Of a stretch of DNA of 64,000 bases, positions 51,594 to 61,646 are shown piece by piece. Numbering within the stretch: position 1 is the stretch's first letter; every line of letters starts with the position of its first letter. The translations under genes and the position numbers were made by a program. The stretch is taken from the sequence record SRR31156797_6884; one strand, written 5' to 3'. The notes beneath the pieces are model-generated. The model saw only the letters and a program-made list of their open reading frames with translations, was not told where the DNA came from and did not search any database.

Positions 51594-52775
51594 ATGGAAC
51601 AAACATGGCGTTGGTACGGTCCTAACGATCCTGTATCGTTAGACGATATAAAACAAGCGGGCGCAACAGGTATTGTGAACGCACTTCACCACATTCCCAA
51701 TGGTGAAGTTTGGACAAAAGAAGAAATCCTTAAACGTAAAGAGATTATCGAAGCGAAAGGGTTTGTCTGGTCTGTTGTCGAAAGCGTTCCCGTACACGAA
51801 GAAATTAAAACTCGTACTGGCGATTACGCAAAATGGATTGAGAACTACAAACAATCCCTAATCAACCTAGCAGAATGCGGTATCGATACGGTTTGTTATA
51901 ATTTCATGCCTGTCCTTGATTGGACTCGAACAGATCTTGAGTACCAACTTGAAGATGGCTCAAAAGCACTTCGTTTCGATCAAATCGAATTTGCTGCGTT
52001 TGAACTCTATATTCTTAAGCGCCCAGGTGCAGAAGCTGAATATACAGAGCAAGAACAAAAAGAAGCAAAAACCACTTTCGAGTCAATGACTCAAGCCCAA
52101 ATCGATAAACTCACCGCGAATATTATCGCAGGCCTTCCAGGTGCAGAAGAAGGTTATACGTTAGAAGAGTTTCAGGCTCGTCTCGATACCTATCAGGGAA
52201 TCACTAAAGAGAAGCTTCGTGAACACATGGTACTCTTCTTACAAGAATTGATGCCTGTTTGCGAGCAATATGGTCTGAAGCTGGCAGTACACCCAGACGA
52301 TCCACCGCGTCCAATCTTAGGTTTACCTAGGATCGTATCAACTATTGAAGATATCGAAGCACTGACAACTGCCGTTCCAAGCAAAATGAACGGTATTACA
52401 ATGTGTACTGGCTCTTACGGTGTACGTGGTGATAATGATCTCGTTAAGATGATTGAAACATACGGTGACCGTATCTACTTTACGCATCTTAGATCAACGC
52501 TACGTGAAGAAAATCCAATGAGCTTCCATGAGGCCGCTCACCTTGAAGGTGACGTTGATATGTATAACGTAATCAACGCACTGCTTAAAGAAGAATACCG
52601 CCGAAAAGGCGAAGGTGAAACTCGTCTGATTCCAATGCGTCCTGATCACGGTCATCAAATGATCGACGATCTCAAGAAGCAAACAAACCCAGGTTACTCG
52701 TGTATTGGTCGCCTTAAAGGTCTGGCTGAAATTCGCGGCGTTGAGTTAGCTCTGAAGCGTACCCTGTATAGCTAA
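51594..52775 (+). CDS. uxuA: Mannonate dehydratase (long form, copy 2)
   Basis: [26 protein letters not shown] insert, RPDHGH. Confidence 0.97.
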   Translation: MEQTWRWYGPNDPVSLDDIKQAGATGIVNALHHIPNGEVWTKEEILKRKEIIEAKGFVWSVVESVPVHEEIKTRTGDYAKWIENYKQSLINLAECGIDTVCYNFMPVLDWTRTDLEYQLEDGSKALRFDQIEFAAFELYILKRPGAEAEYTEQEQKEAKTTFESMTQAQIDKLTANIIAGLPGAEEGYTLEEFQARLDTYQGITKEKLREHMVLFLQELMPVCEQYGLKLAVHPDDPPRPILGLPRIVSTIEDIEALTTAVPSKMNGITMCTGSYGVRGDNDLVKMIETYGDRIYFTHLRSTLREENPMSFHEAAHLEGDVDMYNVINALLKEEYRRKGEGETRLIPMRPDHGHQMIDDLKKQTNPGYSCIGRLKGLAEIRGVELALKRTLYS

Positions 52776-52793
52776 AATAAACTCACAATGTTC

Positions 52794-52886
52794 AAAGCCT
52801 CGTTTTACGAGGCTTTTTACTTTCCAATTCAGCAGAACATGTAATAACCCAAAAAGGGTGAATAATGTCGCCATTATTCACCCTTT
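52794..52886. terminator. Two terminator hairpins between convergent uxuA and tctA
   Basis: AAAGCCTCG..CGAGGCTTTTT and AAAGGGTGAATAATG..CATTATTCACCCTTT. Confidence 0.75.
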
Positions 52887-52903
52887 CATGATTGTTATCA
52901 GTC

Positions 52904-54385
52904 CTACTTACGAATCGCTTTTCTTATCGTCGGACCAACAGCGACTGCAACTGTAAGCGCAACCAAAATTAAGCTCGTTGTATTTTCAAACAGAATCGTC
53001 CAATCACCGCCACCAATCAACAGTGCTAGCCTTAAGTTTTCTTCTGCAAAACCACCTAAAATCAGTCCTAGAACGACTGGCGGTAAAGGAAACTTAAACT
53101 TATCCATAACATAACCAATAACGCCAAAACCAAGCATCAGGTAGACATCAAACATTCGTTCATTGATCGAATATACGCCGATAAACATCAGAACCATGAT
53201 GATAGAACCAAGCACAGGACGAGGCAGCTTAAGAAGCTTGGCGAAACTATTAGTAGCTAAAGTACCGCCTAAAAATATCAATAGCACAGCACCGAAAAGA
53301 AACTGCCACATAAAACCAAACACGATGTCTGGGTTATCTCTAAACAGCATAGGACCAGGCTGCAAACCATGAACCAATAAACCACCAAGCATAACAGCGG
53401 CGACTGCCGTACCAGGAATACCTAAAGTTAATGCAGGAATAAGAGCCGAAGCGGTATCCGCATTATTTGCCGTCTCCGATGCAGCAACGCCTTCTGGCTC
53501 ACCATTACCCCAAGTTTCTGGTGTTTTACTCGCTCTCTTGGCTTCATTGTAAGACATGAAAGCAGCCATAGAACCACCCGCACCAGGTAGTATGCCGATA
53601 CAGATACCAATAAACGAAGCGCGTAACCAAGTGACCCAAAATCCAACCATTCTAGGTATAGAACGCAGCATAGATTCAGTTTTTAACGACTTGTATTCAC
53701 CTTTGCTTTCCAGCGGCGTTTCAAGCAAATCAATAACAGGAGGAAGTGCATATAAACCAACAAGAAGAATAACAATATTAATGCCATCAACAAGTTCTAA
53801 ATAGCCAAAAGTAAACCTGTCTTCGCCTGAAATTGGATCAACACCAACGATAGAAACGACAATACCAAAACACGCTGCAATCAAACCTTTTAACGGGCTT
53901 TCACCCAACAAAAAGATAATGCTACACAAGCCAAACACAGCAACCCAGAAGACTTCTGAAGGTCCAAATAACAGTGTCACTTTTGCCAAAGGTGGCGCTA
54001 ACAGCATTAATGCTAATGCACTCGCGATTCCTCCAATCGAAGAGGAAATAACAGCAACCTGCAACGCAAAGCCACCCTGCCCTTTCTGAGCCATAGGATA
54101 GCCATCAAAGCTTGTTGCAACTGCCGAAGGCGTACCTGGAATTCTTAAAAGAACCGCAGGAATTGCACCACCGTACATAGCACCATTGTATATACCTGCC
54201 ATTAAACCCAGAGCAACGAGAGGGTCCAAGCCAAAAGTAAAAGGAACTAAAACCGATATCGCCATCGTTGCGCTAAGACCTGGCATAGCACCAACAATGA
54301 TGCCTGAGAGTACACCAATGACAATGGCCAATAGGTTCGTCAATGATGCTACATTAGGCAAGGCAGATATTAAATCATGATACAT
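52904..54385 (-). CDS. tctA: Tripartite tricarboxylate transporter large permease
   Basis: GAMPGL, YGGAIPAVL, IPGTP, ETANNA, LTLGIPG. Confidence 0.93.
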   Translation of the reverse strand: MYHDLISALPNVASLTNLLAIVIGVLSGIIVGAMPGLSATMAISVLVPFTFGLDPLVALGLMAGIYNGAMYGGAIPAVLLRIPGTPSAVATSFDGYPMAQKGQGGFALQVAVISSSIGGIASALALMLLAPPLAKVTLLFGPSEVFWVAVFGLCSIIFLLGESPLKGLIAACFGIVVSIVGVDPISGEDRFTFGYLELVDGINIVILLVGLYALPPVIDLLETPLESKGEYKSLKTESMLRSIPRMVGFWVTWLRASFIGICIGILPGAGGSMAAFMSYNEAKRASKTPETWGNGEPEGVAASETANNADTASALIPALTLGIPGTAVAAVMLGGLLVHGLQPGPMLFRDNPDIVFGFMWQFLFGAVLLIFLGGTLATNSFAKLLKLPRPVLGSIIMVLMFIGVYSINERMFDVYLMLGFGVIGYVMDKFKFPLPPVVLGLILGGFAEENLRLALLIGGGDWTILFENTTSLILVALTVAVAVGPTIRKAIRK

Positions 54386-54397
54386 ACTTATTCATCC

Positions 54398-54853
54398 TTA
54401 AATAATCCAACCTGTTGGAAATTCCTTTGACATTGCAAAACTAAATATTAGGTAAACAAAAGAAACAAATATGACGGTTGATAAAAATAGTACTTTAAAA
54501 TTCTTACAGCCAAAAAAGTATGATATTAGAGGAACAAATATAATTATTGTTGGATAAAAACCTACGAACTCTACACATACAATTAAAGCTAACATCGCTA
54601 ATAGTGCGAAAAACACTCTTTGAGGCGATGTTAATACCGTCACATCCTGACGAACATTTTTAAATACATCCTTAGCTATTTTCAACAAAGAAAACAAAGC
54701 AAAAACAACCAAAAGGAATAGCATAGCTTTAGGTAACATTCCTGCTTCTGAATCTAGTTCAGACGCTGGACCTAAAAGGAAAAAGGATAACCCAATGATA
54801 CCAAAATATATTAATGAAATAGGTTTAAGAAATATATACCTTACATTTTCCAT
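54398..54853 (-). CDS. tctB: Tripartite tricarboxylate transporter small permease
   Basis: Hydrophobic 151 aa between tctC and tctA; GFY and C-terminal P.G motifs. Confidence 0.82.
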   Translation of the reverse strand: MENVRYIFLKPISLIYFGIIGLSFFLLGPASELDSEAGMLPKAMLFLLVVFALFSLLKIAKDVFKNVRQDVTVLTSPQRVFFALLAMLALIVCVEFVGFYPTIIIFVPLISYFFGCKNFKVLFLSTVIFVSFVYLIFSFAMSKEFPTGWII

Positions 54854-54907
54854 ATGTACCTCAGTTCTAAAATTAATAAATGTGGGCCGTTAAGCCCACA
54901 TAGTTTT

Positions 54908-55861
54908 TTATTTCCAAGGATTCTTATTCCAAACATCTTTCGCTAAGTTATATGTTTCATCATTTAACTTTTTGAAATCATCACCGATCGCAACAGAAAC
55001 TGGGTTCGCTGTCGCTTTCATTTTTGCCTGGAACTCTGGATCTTGAGATAATTTGGTAAATGCATCAAACAACTTAGCTTTCACATCTTCCGGTAGACCG
55101 GCTGGCGCAACAAATCCGCGCATAGAACCATTAACCATATCGACACCCTGTTCTTTAAATGTCGCTAGGGTTGGATCAAACTCTGAACGCTCTTGCTGAG
55201 AAATTCCAATCACGTTTAGCTCTTCTTTAAACTCTGTAACTTCAGAGATATTAAGCACAGCAGCTTTCACATGTTCACCCAGAACCGCAGTACGAGCAGC
55301 TGAAGAACCTTTAAAAGGGATGATATTAAATTGAGTATCAGTCAGTCCTTCAAACTTAATAAGGCCTAAGTGGTCATCTCCTCCTAAGCTAGACATACCA
55401 ATCGCCATTGGGCGGGAAGATTCTTTCGCTGTTTGGATAAACTTTTGCAGAGTATCAACACCACTGCGCTTTGAAGTTACGATAACGTTTGGATCGTTCA
55501 CGATATTAGCTAAGTAAGTAAAGCTCTCTGCAGAATAGTTAGCTTTTCTGTCTAATGTACGAGCCATCATACCTGGAAGGTTATATGTACCAATGGTGTA
55601 CCCATCAGCATCCGCATGTGCCACTTCGGTGATACCAATTTGACCGCTTGCTCCTGGAACATTTTTCACAACGACTGTAGCGTCATCTCCGAGATATTTT
55701 TCCAAATAAGGAGCCACGTTACGAGCCATAACGTCAGTACCGCCCCCTGCTGAAAAGCCAACAATGAGAGTAATTGGTTTTTCAGGGTAATTTGCCATTG
55801 CTAATGTAGAGGTAAGAGCACAGGTAGCTGTTAGAACCAATTTAGTTATTGAGTTTAACAT
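54908..55861 (-). CDS. tctC: Tripartite tricarboxylate transporter binding protein (Bug/TctC)
   Basis: YPEKPITLIVGFSAGGGTD, NVPGASG, DGYT. Confidence 0.92.
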   Translation of the reverse strand: MLNSITKLVLTATCALTSTLAMANYPEKPITLIVGFSAGGGTDVMARNVAPYLEKYLGDDATVVVKNVPGASGQIGITEVAHADADGYTIGTYNLPGMMARTLDRKANYSAESFTYLANIVNDPNVIVTSKRSGVDTLQKFIQTAKESSRPMAIGMSSLGGDDHLGLIKFEGLTDTQFNIIPFKGSSAARTAVLGEHVKAAVLNISEVTEFKEELNVIGISQQERSEFDPTLATFKEQGVDMVNGSMRGFVAPAGLPEDVKAKLFDAFTKLSQDPEFQAKMKATANPVSVAIGDDFKKLNDETYNLAKDVWNKNPWK

Positions 55862-56152
55862 TCGTTTTCTCCATCTTTTTATAGTTAGAATAATATTTGT
55901 ATTCTACGTATTGGAGATATAATTTTTAAATAATACACGCCATATACATTCAACACTCTAATGAGAAAAATTATCTAGCAAGATAAAAATTTGAGTATTC
56001 GCTTAACGGTAAGAACTCAAATCAATAATATTCACTTATAATTACTCATCCGTAGCATGCTTAATGGCTATGGTTGATATACATTCACGTTATATTAGGT
56101 TATTAAATATTATATCTATTATCTTATATTTATATTGTTTTCTGATTATTAT

Positions 56153-56827
56153 TTATACGACCAAGCATCCTTTACTTTCTAATGTTTTATCGACCCAAGT
56201 ACGATCATTAGTACCTTCGCTAATTGCAGCCATTTGCGTCACTTCTTTATCTTGTTTAAGCAACGTACTTTCCAGAATCCACTCAGCATCATCTAAAGGA
56301 ACAGATAGTACCCCATCTGAATCGCCAATAATAATATCTCCAGGGTTAATAACCATACCATCAATACTAATTGGAACGTTGATCTCCCCAGGTCCATCTT
56401 TAAAAGGCCCACGGTGGGTCACACCTGCAGCAAAGGTCGGCAAGTTAACGGAGCGAAATGCATCCAAATCACGAATAGCACCATTAATAACAAAGCCAAC
56501 AACCCCTTTCTTGATCGCATACGCAAGCATTAACTCACCCATCAGCGCATTCGATACTTCACCACCACCATCGACAACAATAACATCTCCCGGTACAGCC
56601 ATATCAATGGCTTTGTGTAACATTAAGTTATCACCAGGTCTTGTTTTAACGGTGATAGCTGAGCCAATCAAAGCTCCAGAAGTATGCATCGGACGTAATG
56701 TCGGACCAGCGGCAAAGATTCGATTCATTGAATCAGAAACATTTGCTACAGGTAAACCTTTGTATGATTGCAATAACTCTTCTGAGGCCTTGCGAGCTCG
56801 AGTATTTATTTTAAATCCTATTGTCAT
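56153..56827 (-). CDS. RraA/HMG-CHA aldolase family protein
   Basis: ANVSD, PGDNL, GEL, GAIRD, GDIIIGDSDG. Confidence 0.88.
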   Translation of the reverse strand: MTIGFKINTRARKASEELLQSYKGLPVANVSDSMNRIFAAGPTLRPMHTSGALIGSAITVKTRPGDNLMLHKAIDMAVPGDVIVVDGGGEVSNALMGELMLAYAIKKGVVGFVINGAIRDLDAFRSVNLPTFAAGVTHRGPFKDGPGEINVPISIDGMVINPGDIIIGDSDGVLSVPLDDAEWILESTLLKQDKEVTQMAAISEGTNDRTWVDKTLESKGCLVV

Positions 56828-56855
56828 TCTTCGTTCTCCACTCTTGTATCACTCT

Positions 56856-57836
56856 CTATATCATCAACTTACGATTAACTATTCGGTGTTCTGGCAGTTT
56901 CTCACCTTCCACGATGGCAATAATGCCTTCAGCTGCGGCTTCACTGACTCGAGTACTACCTTCGTTGGTAACACCTGCAATGTGAGGGGTAACCACAATA
57001 TTTCTTTCTTGAAAGAATGGATGTGTTGCCGAAGGTGGCTCAACAGCAAAAGTATCAAGGCCTGCGCCTGCTAAATGGCCAGATTGAATCGCTTTAACCA
57101 ACGCTTGTTCATCGATCAACCCACCTCGCGCAGTGTTTACGATAAAGCTACCCGCCGGCATTAAATTAATTGCGGCTTCGTTAATGATTTGGTTAGTCTC
57201 AGAAGTCAGTGGAGAGTGCAGACTTAGCACATGACTTTTTGATAATAGTTGCTCTAAAGTCTCGCATCTTTTAACACCGAATTGCTCAAAAATTGCCGCA
57301 TCTGCGTAGGGATCATAACCAAACAATGTCATTCCAAGCCCTTTGGCGATTTTAGCCGTTTCCTGAGCGATAGCCCCCATACCTAAAAGACCAAAGGTTT
57401 TAGACGCAACTTCATAACCAGAGAACTGAGGTTTTTCCCATAGACCACTATGTAATCCTTGGTTTAATGGAATAATTTGCTTAGTTACCGTCAACATTAA
57501 AGCAATCGTGTGTTCAGCAACAGACACCGCATTCGCACCTGAAGCAACAACAACAGGAATACCTTTCTCTGCAGCGGCTTTAACATCTATGTTGTCAACA
57601 CCGACACCGTGTTTTGCAATAACTTTCAAGTTAGGCAAAGCAGCATCAATAATCGTTGAAGTGATCTTTCCCATACGAGAGATGATGCCAACAGGCTTGG
57701 TTTTTTGAACCAACTCAATGAGGTCACTCTCTTCACTATAAGGGGCCGTGTATTCCAGCTTAAAACCTCTTTTTGTTAACAATTCAACAGCAGAGGAAGC
57801 TAAGCTAGGGCCAGTTATGATTATCGTCTTTTCCAT
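56856..57836 (-). CDS. D-2-hydroxyacid dehydrogenase (SerA-like catalytic core)
   Basis: GVGVDNID, GMGAIA, NTARGG, TPHIAG. Confidence 0.92.
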   Translation of the reverse strand: MEKTIIITGPSLASSAVELLTKRGFKLEYTAPYSEESDLIELVQKTKPVGIISRMGKITSTIIDAALPNLKVIAKHGVGVDNIDVKAAAEKGIPVVVASGANAVSVAEHTIALMLTVTKQIIPLNQGLHSGLWEKPQFSGYEVASKTFGLLGMGAIAQETAKIAKGLGMTLFGYDPYADAAIFEQFGVKRCETLEQLLSKSHVLSLHSPLTSETNQIINEAAINLMPAGSFIVNTARGGLIDEQALVKAIQSGHLAGAGLDTFAVEPPSATHPFFQERNIVVTPHIAGVTNEGSTRVSEAAAEGIIAIVEGEKLPEHRIVNRKLMI

Positions 57837-58009
57837 ATTTTATTATCTTTTTTGTAGAGGTATCAGCAAAAAATAAAGATTCAACGCACATATTTGGTGA
57901 TGTATGAATCAATTTCCTGCCTTTCAGAAATTGAAACCTAGACTACAAAACAAAAAAAACTTATGGTAGCAAAAAAAATTTAACAACAAATAAAGAATAA
58001 TTTTACATA

Positions 58010-58909
58010 ATGGATACAAGACAGCTAAAAACTCTCGTCGCAATTTGGAAGCATGGCACTTTTGCTAAAGCCGCTGCCGACGTGTGCCTAACTCCAGCCG
58101 CTGTTGGTCAACAAATAGCTGCATTAGAACTAGAACTGGATATCCAACTGTTTGACCGAACCAACCGGCCGCCAAAACTCACACCACAAGGAATGCAAGC
58201 CGTTGAAATGGCGAGTCAAATTTTGAGATTGGAGGAAGACACTAAGTTGTCACTGAAAGGCGATTTGGTATCTGGAACATTTGTCATTGGAGCTGTACGT
58301 TCCAGCGCACTTAACCTATTACCAACGGCGATGGTAGAGATGGGAAAAGACTATCCGCACTTAAAAACACGACTAAAAGTTGGAAACTCTGCGGACTTGG
58401 TAGCGGATATCGCTGCTGGGCAATTGGACGCTGCCATTGTTGCTGAGCATATAAAAATTCCGCCAAATGTGAAATGGAGCCCATTTATCAATGAGCCTCT
58501 ATGGCTAATTTCAGCCAATGACATCAGTGGATTGACACTTCGAGAGGCATTAGAGACATCTCCTTTTATCCGTTTCACCAGTAACGTTCCACTTGCGAGC
58601 CTGATAAATACTGAGCTATCCAGAATGGAAATCACAACATCTGACATTGCAGAGGTCGATAATATCGAATCTATCATTGCCTGTGTACAACATGGGCTTG
58701 GTACCGCCATCGTGCCTCAAATGTCTATCAAGCCAGAAATGTCTTCAATATATAGAGTGCCCTTTGGTAACCCACAAATTAAAAGACAGATCGGTATCGT
58801 TGCAAGACAATCGAGCCCAAGAAAAGCGGTTATTGGTAAACTGCATGAGATTTTGACGGATAAAATCAGGAAAGGTTACGACTACTTAAATGACATGCAC
58901 CCAATGTAA
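58010..58909 (+). CDS. LysR-family regulator
   Basis: LysR HTH; divergent from the dehydrogenase operon. Confidence 0.92.
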   Translation: MDTRQLKTLVAIWKHGTFAKAAADVCLTPAAVGQQIAALELELDIQLFDRTNRPPKLTPQGMQAVEMASQILRLEEDTKLSLKGDLVSGTFVIGAVRSSALNLLPTAMVEMGKDYPHLKTRLKVGNSADLVADIAAGQLDAAIVAEHIKIPPNVKWSPFINEPLWLISANDISGLTLREALETSPFIRFTSNVPLASLINTELSRMEITTSDIAEVDNIESIIACVQHGLGTAIVPQMSIKPEMSSIYRVPFGNPQIKRQIGIVARQSSPRKAVIGKLHEILTDKIRKGYDYLNDMHPM

Positions 58910-58982
58910 CCATCACTGTTGTGTATATAAAGACGATTGAGCAACGGATCACCAAAGGATACGGTGCAAAAGATATCAGCTT

Positions 58983-59915
58983 TTACGCCATCGTTATTTT
59001 ATCTCTGAGGTTAGCGGTGATAGCGAATTGTCCATCAATGGTAATCACGATAGCGCCCATACCCTCAATTTTATTTACTGTTTCGATAATACGTTTAGCA
59101 TCCAATCCAAAAAGCTTCGTTGTATAGATATCACAATCCAATGATTTATCAGCAATGATGGTGAGCGATGCCACATTGTTATCAACTGGGTAACCGCTGT
59201 GGCTATCAAAAATGTGGTGGTACTTCTCTCCATTATGCTCGAAGGTTCTCTCATAAATACCAGAGGTCACAACTGACTGATTGCGTATTTTAACTTTGGC
59301 AACACAATGTCCTCTTGGGAGAAAAGGGTTCTGTATACCGACATGCCAATCGAGCTCATTTTTGGGCGACTCCCCGTAAACCAAAAGGTTTCCACCAATA
59401 TCAATCATCGCAGAAACAGGAGATTTTCCCTTGAAGAAATCCATGATTTTATCGCTGAAATACCCCTTAGCAATCGCCCCGAGATCAATCTCAAGGCCCT
59501 CTCTGGCTAACAATACTGAGTGTTGTTGATCATTCAATACGATTTCAGCAGGATCGAGTCGATCCAGAACCTGATTAATTTCTGCCTGATTTGGAACTCG
59601 AGCTTCGTTAAAACCAATGCGCCACAGCTTAATCAAAGGGCCAATAGCAATATTCAAGAAACTGTTGGATTCAAGGCTATGCTGTTTTCCAATCTTAATC
59701 AGTTCATACAAGTCCGGATCAACGGTAATGGGTTCTTTTCCCGCAGTTTTTTTCAAAGCAAATAGCTGAGAGTCCCCACTATTAGCACTAAAAACATGCT
59801 CAAAGTGTCTTAACATTTCACACGCTTCGGCGACCCATTTGTCGGCCTGTTCACCCTTAAAGTAAAGGCGAATTTTCGTCCCCATCAGTTCTATCATCTG
59901 ATTGGCTTCGGTCAT
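58983..59915 (-). CDS. apbE: FAD:protein FMN transferase (cytoplasmic ApbE)
   Basis: MGT, DLGAIAKGY, TSGIYER, HHIFD; no signal peptide or lipobox. Confidence 0.93.
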   Translation of the reverse strand: MTEANQMIELMGTKIRLYFKGEQADKWVAEACEMLRHFEHVFSANSGDSQLFALKKTAGKEPITVDPDLYELIKIGKQHSLESNSFLNIAIGPLIKLWRIGFNEARVPNQAEINQVLDRLDPAEIVLNDQQHSVLLAREGLEIDLGAIAKGYFSDKIMDFFKGKSPVSAMIDIGGNLLVYGESPKNELDWHVGIQNPFLPRGHCVAKVKIRNQSVVTSGIYERTFEHNGEKYHHIFDSHSGYPVDNNVASLTIIADKSLDCDIYTTKLFGLDAKRIIETVNKIEGMGAIVITIDGQFAITANLRDKITMA

Positions 59916-59950
59916 ATTTTCTCCGTTTCATCCCATCTGTTGTCGTCAAA

Positions 59951-60883
59951 CTAATATGACGCGGTGTCTTTGTTATTCACAAAGGAATCAAGCATACCTT
60001 TATCGATATCTGACAGTTTCCGCTCACTAGGGTAAGCCATGAAATAATCTAAGTTTAACTGTTCGATCGGTAGATCATAGGTATTGTACTCTGATGGACA
60101 CACTTCTTCTGCGAGACTTTTAGGAACAAAAGTGACCCCTAAGCCTGACATTGCAAGATGTTTCACCGTTCTTATCTCTGAGCTTTCCAAAATGATGTCT
60201 GGCTTTACTTTATAAATACTCAATAAATGGTCCACTTGCGCTCTAATAGCTGAACCTCTAGAGGTTAATACCAGCTTCTGCCGCAACAGGTCTTCTATTG
60301 CAATACTGTCTGATGATACTGCGCTAAGCCCCTCTTGATAAAGTTCACAAGACTTTGGAATAACCGCAAAGTAGCCATGTTTTCCCCATGTCACAGCAAG
60401 TAGGTTTGGAGCGATATTGCTCGAGTTCTGTCCAATAAAAAAGTCCACCTCCCCCTTTAACAAGCGCTTCTCGTTGTTTTCCGGAATATCTTCCACCAGC
60501 TCAATTTGACAATGGGGGTACTGGGCCAAAAATTTGGGTAAAAACAGAGGGATAAGATAAGTACCAATACTAGCTAAGATACCAATTTTGATAGTCGTTT
60601 TGCCGACATCGGTTAAAGCCGATATCTGCCTACGCATATTGGAATAAACCGTTTGAAGAGAACTGAGGTAATCATAATAAACTTTCCCCTGCTCGGTTAA
60701 GCGGTAGGGATACTCACTGCGGTTGATAATCTGGCAGCCCAACTCATTCTCAATACGCTTTACCACCTGGGTTAAGTAGGGTTGAGAGATATAGAGAGAA
60801 TCCGCAGCCTTGCTGTAATTACTGAACCGCAGCAAAGCATCAATGTAGTATAAAGTGTTTTGATTATGATATTTCGACATCAA
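59951..60883 (-). CDS. LysR-family regulator (HcrR-like position)
   Basis: NYSKAADSLYISQP HTH; divergent from the reductase genes. Confidence 0.9.
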   Translation of the reverse strand: MMSKYHNQNTLYYIDALLRFSNYSKAADSLYISQPYLTQVVKRIENELGCQIINRSEYPYRLTEQGKVYYDYLSSLQTVYSNMRRQISALTDVGKTTIKIGILASIGTYLIPLFLPKFLAQYPHCQIELVEDIPENNEKRLLKGEVDFFIGQNSSNIAPNLLAVTWGKHGYFAVIPKSCELYQEGLSAVSSDSIAIEDLLRQKLVLTSRGSAIRAQVDHLLSIYKVKPDIILESSEIRTVKHLAMSGLGVTFVPKSLAEEVCPSEYNTYDLPIEQLNLDYFMAYPSERKLSDIDKGMLDSFVNNKDTASY

Positions 60884-61032
60884 TTCCCACCTTCTAAGAT
60901 CTCAAATTGGCAACTATAACAAATTGCTTATAGATAGCGAATATATTGCTATTAGATACCGGTTTCAGACTATGTTAAAACAGTAACCAGAAAATATTTA
61001 TGGTTATTAAAAATATAGGGGAAACCTTTAAT

Positions 61033-61641
61033 ATGAACTACTTAGCAATTGTTGGCACGAATTCCGAAGTGTCAACAAACCGTATGTTATTGGAATTCAT
61101 GAAAGAGCACTTTAATGAAGAAGCCCAAATTGAGCTTTTCGAAATTAAAGACTTACCCGCTTTTTATGAGGCAGATGGTGACGAAGTGCCTCAAGAAGTA
61201 AGCGTGCTTTCTGAGAAGATTCGTCAGGCTGATGGCGTAATAATTTCAACGCCTGAGTACGATCACACCATCACAGCTTCTTTAAAAAGTGCGTTGGAAT
61301 GGATCAGTTACACAAGCCAAGCGCTGACTGACAAGCCGGTACTGATTGTCGGTGCATCACATGGTTCTTTAGGTTCTTCACGCGCACAGGCACACCTTCG
61401 CCAAATTCTTGACTCGCCAGAATTAGCCGCTCGCCTTATGCCAAGCAGCGAATTTCTGTTGGGAAGATCGCAAGCTGCGTTCAACGCTAGTGGCACTTTA
61501 ATCTACGAAGACAAGCTCACTGAACTGGATGAGATTTTTAGAGAATTTGTACTGTTCACACAACTTATAACAAAACTCTTATCAGAAAAAGCGACCATCA
61601 AAAAAGACAAAAAGTACGTTTGGCAAACTCAAGAGGCATAA
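61033..61641 (+). CDS. NAD(P)H-dependent FMN reductase subunit (HcrA/CrdA-like)
   Basis: [33 protein letters not shown]. Confidence 0.88.
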   Translation: MNYLAIVGTNSEVSTNRMLLEFMKEHFNEEAQIELFEIKDLPAFYEADGDEVPQEVSVLSEKIRQADGVIISTPEYDHTITASLKSALEWISYTSQALTDKPVLIVGASHGSLGSSRAQAHLRQILDSPELAARLMPSSEFLLGRSQAAFNASGTLIYEDKLTELDEIFREFVLFTQLITKLLSEKATIKKDKKYVWQTQEA

Positions 61642-61646
61642 GAGAA

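Noticed and set aside
56064-57074. 336-aa plus-strand ORF
   Set aside because: Antisense shadow of the RraA-family and dehydrogenase genes; Ser/Ile/Pro-rich with no motif.
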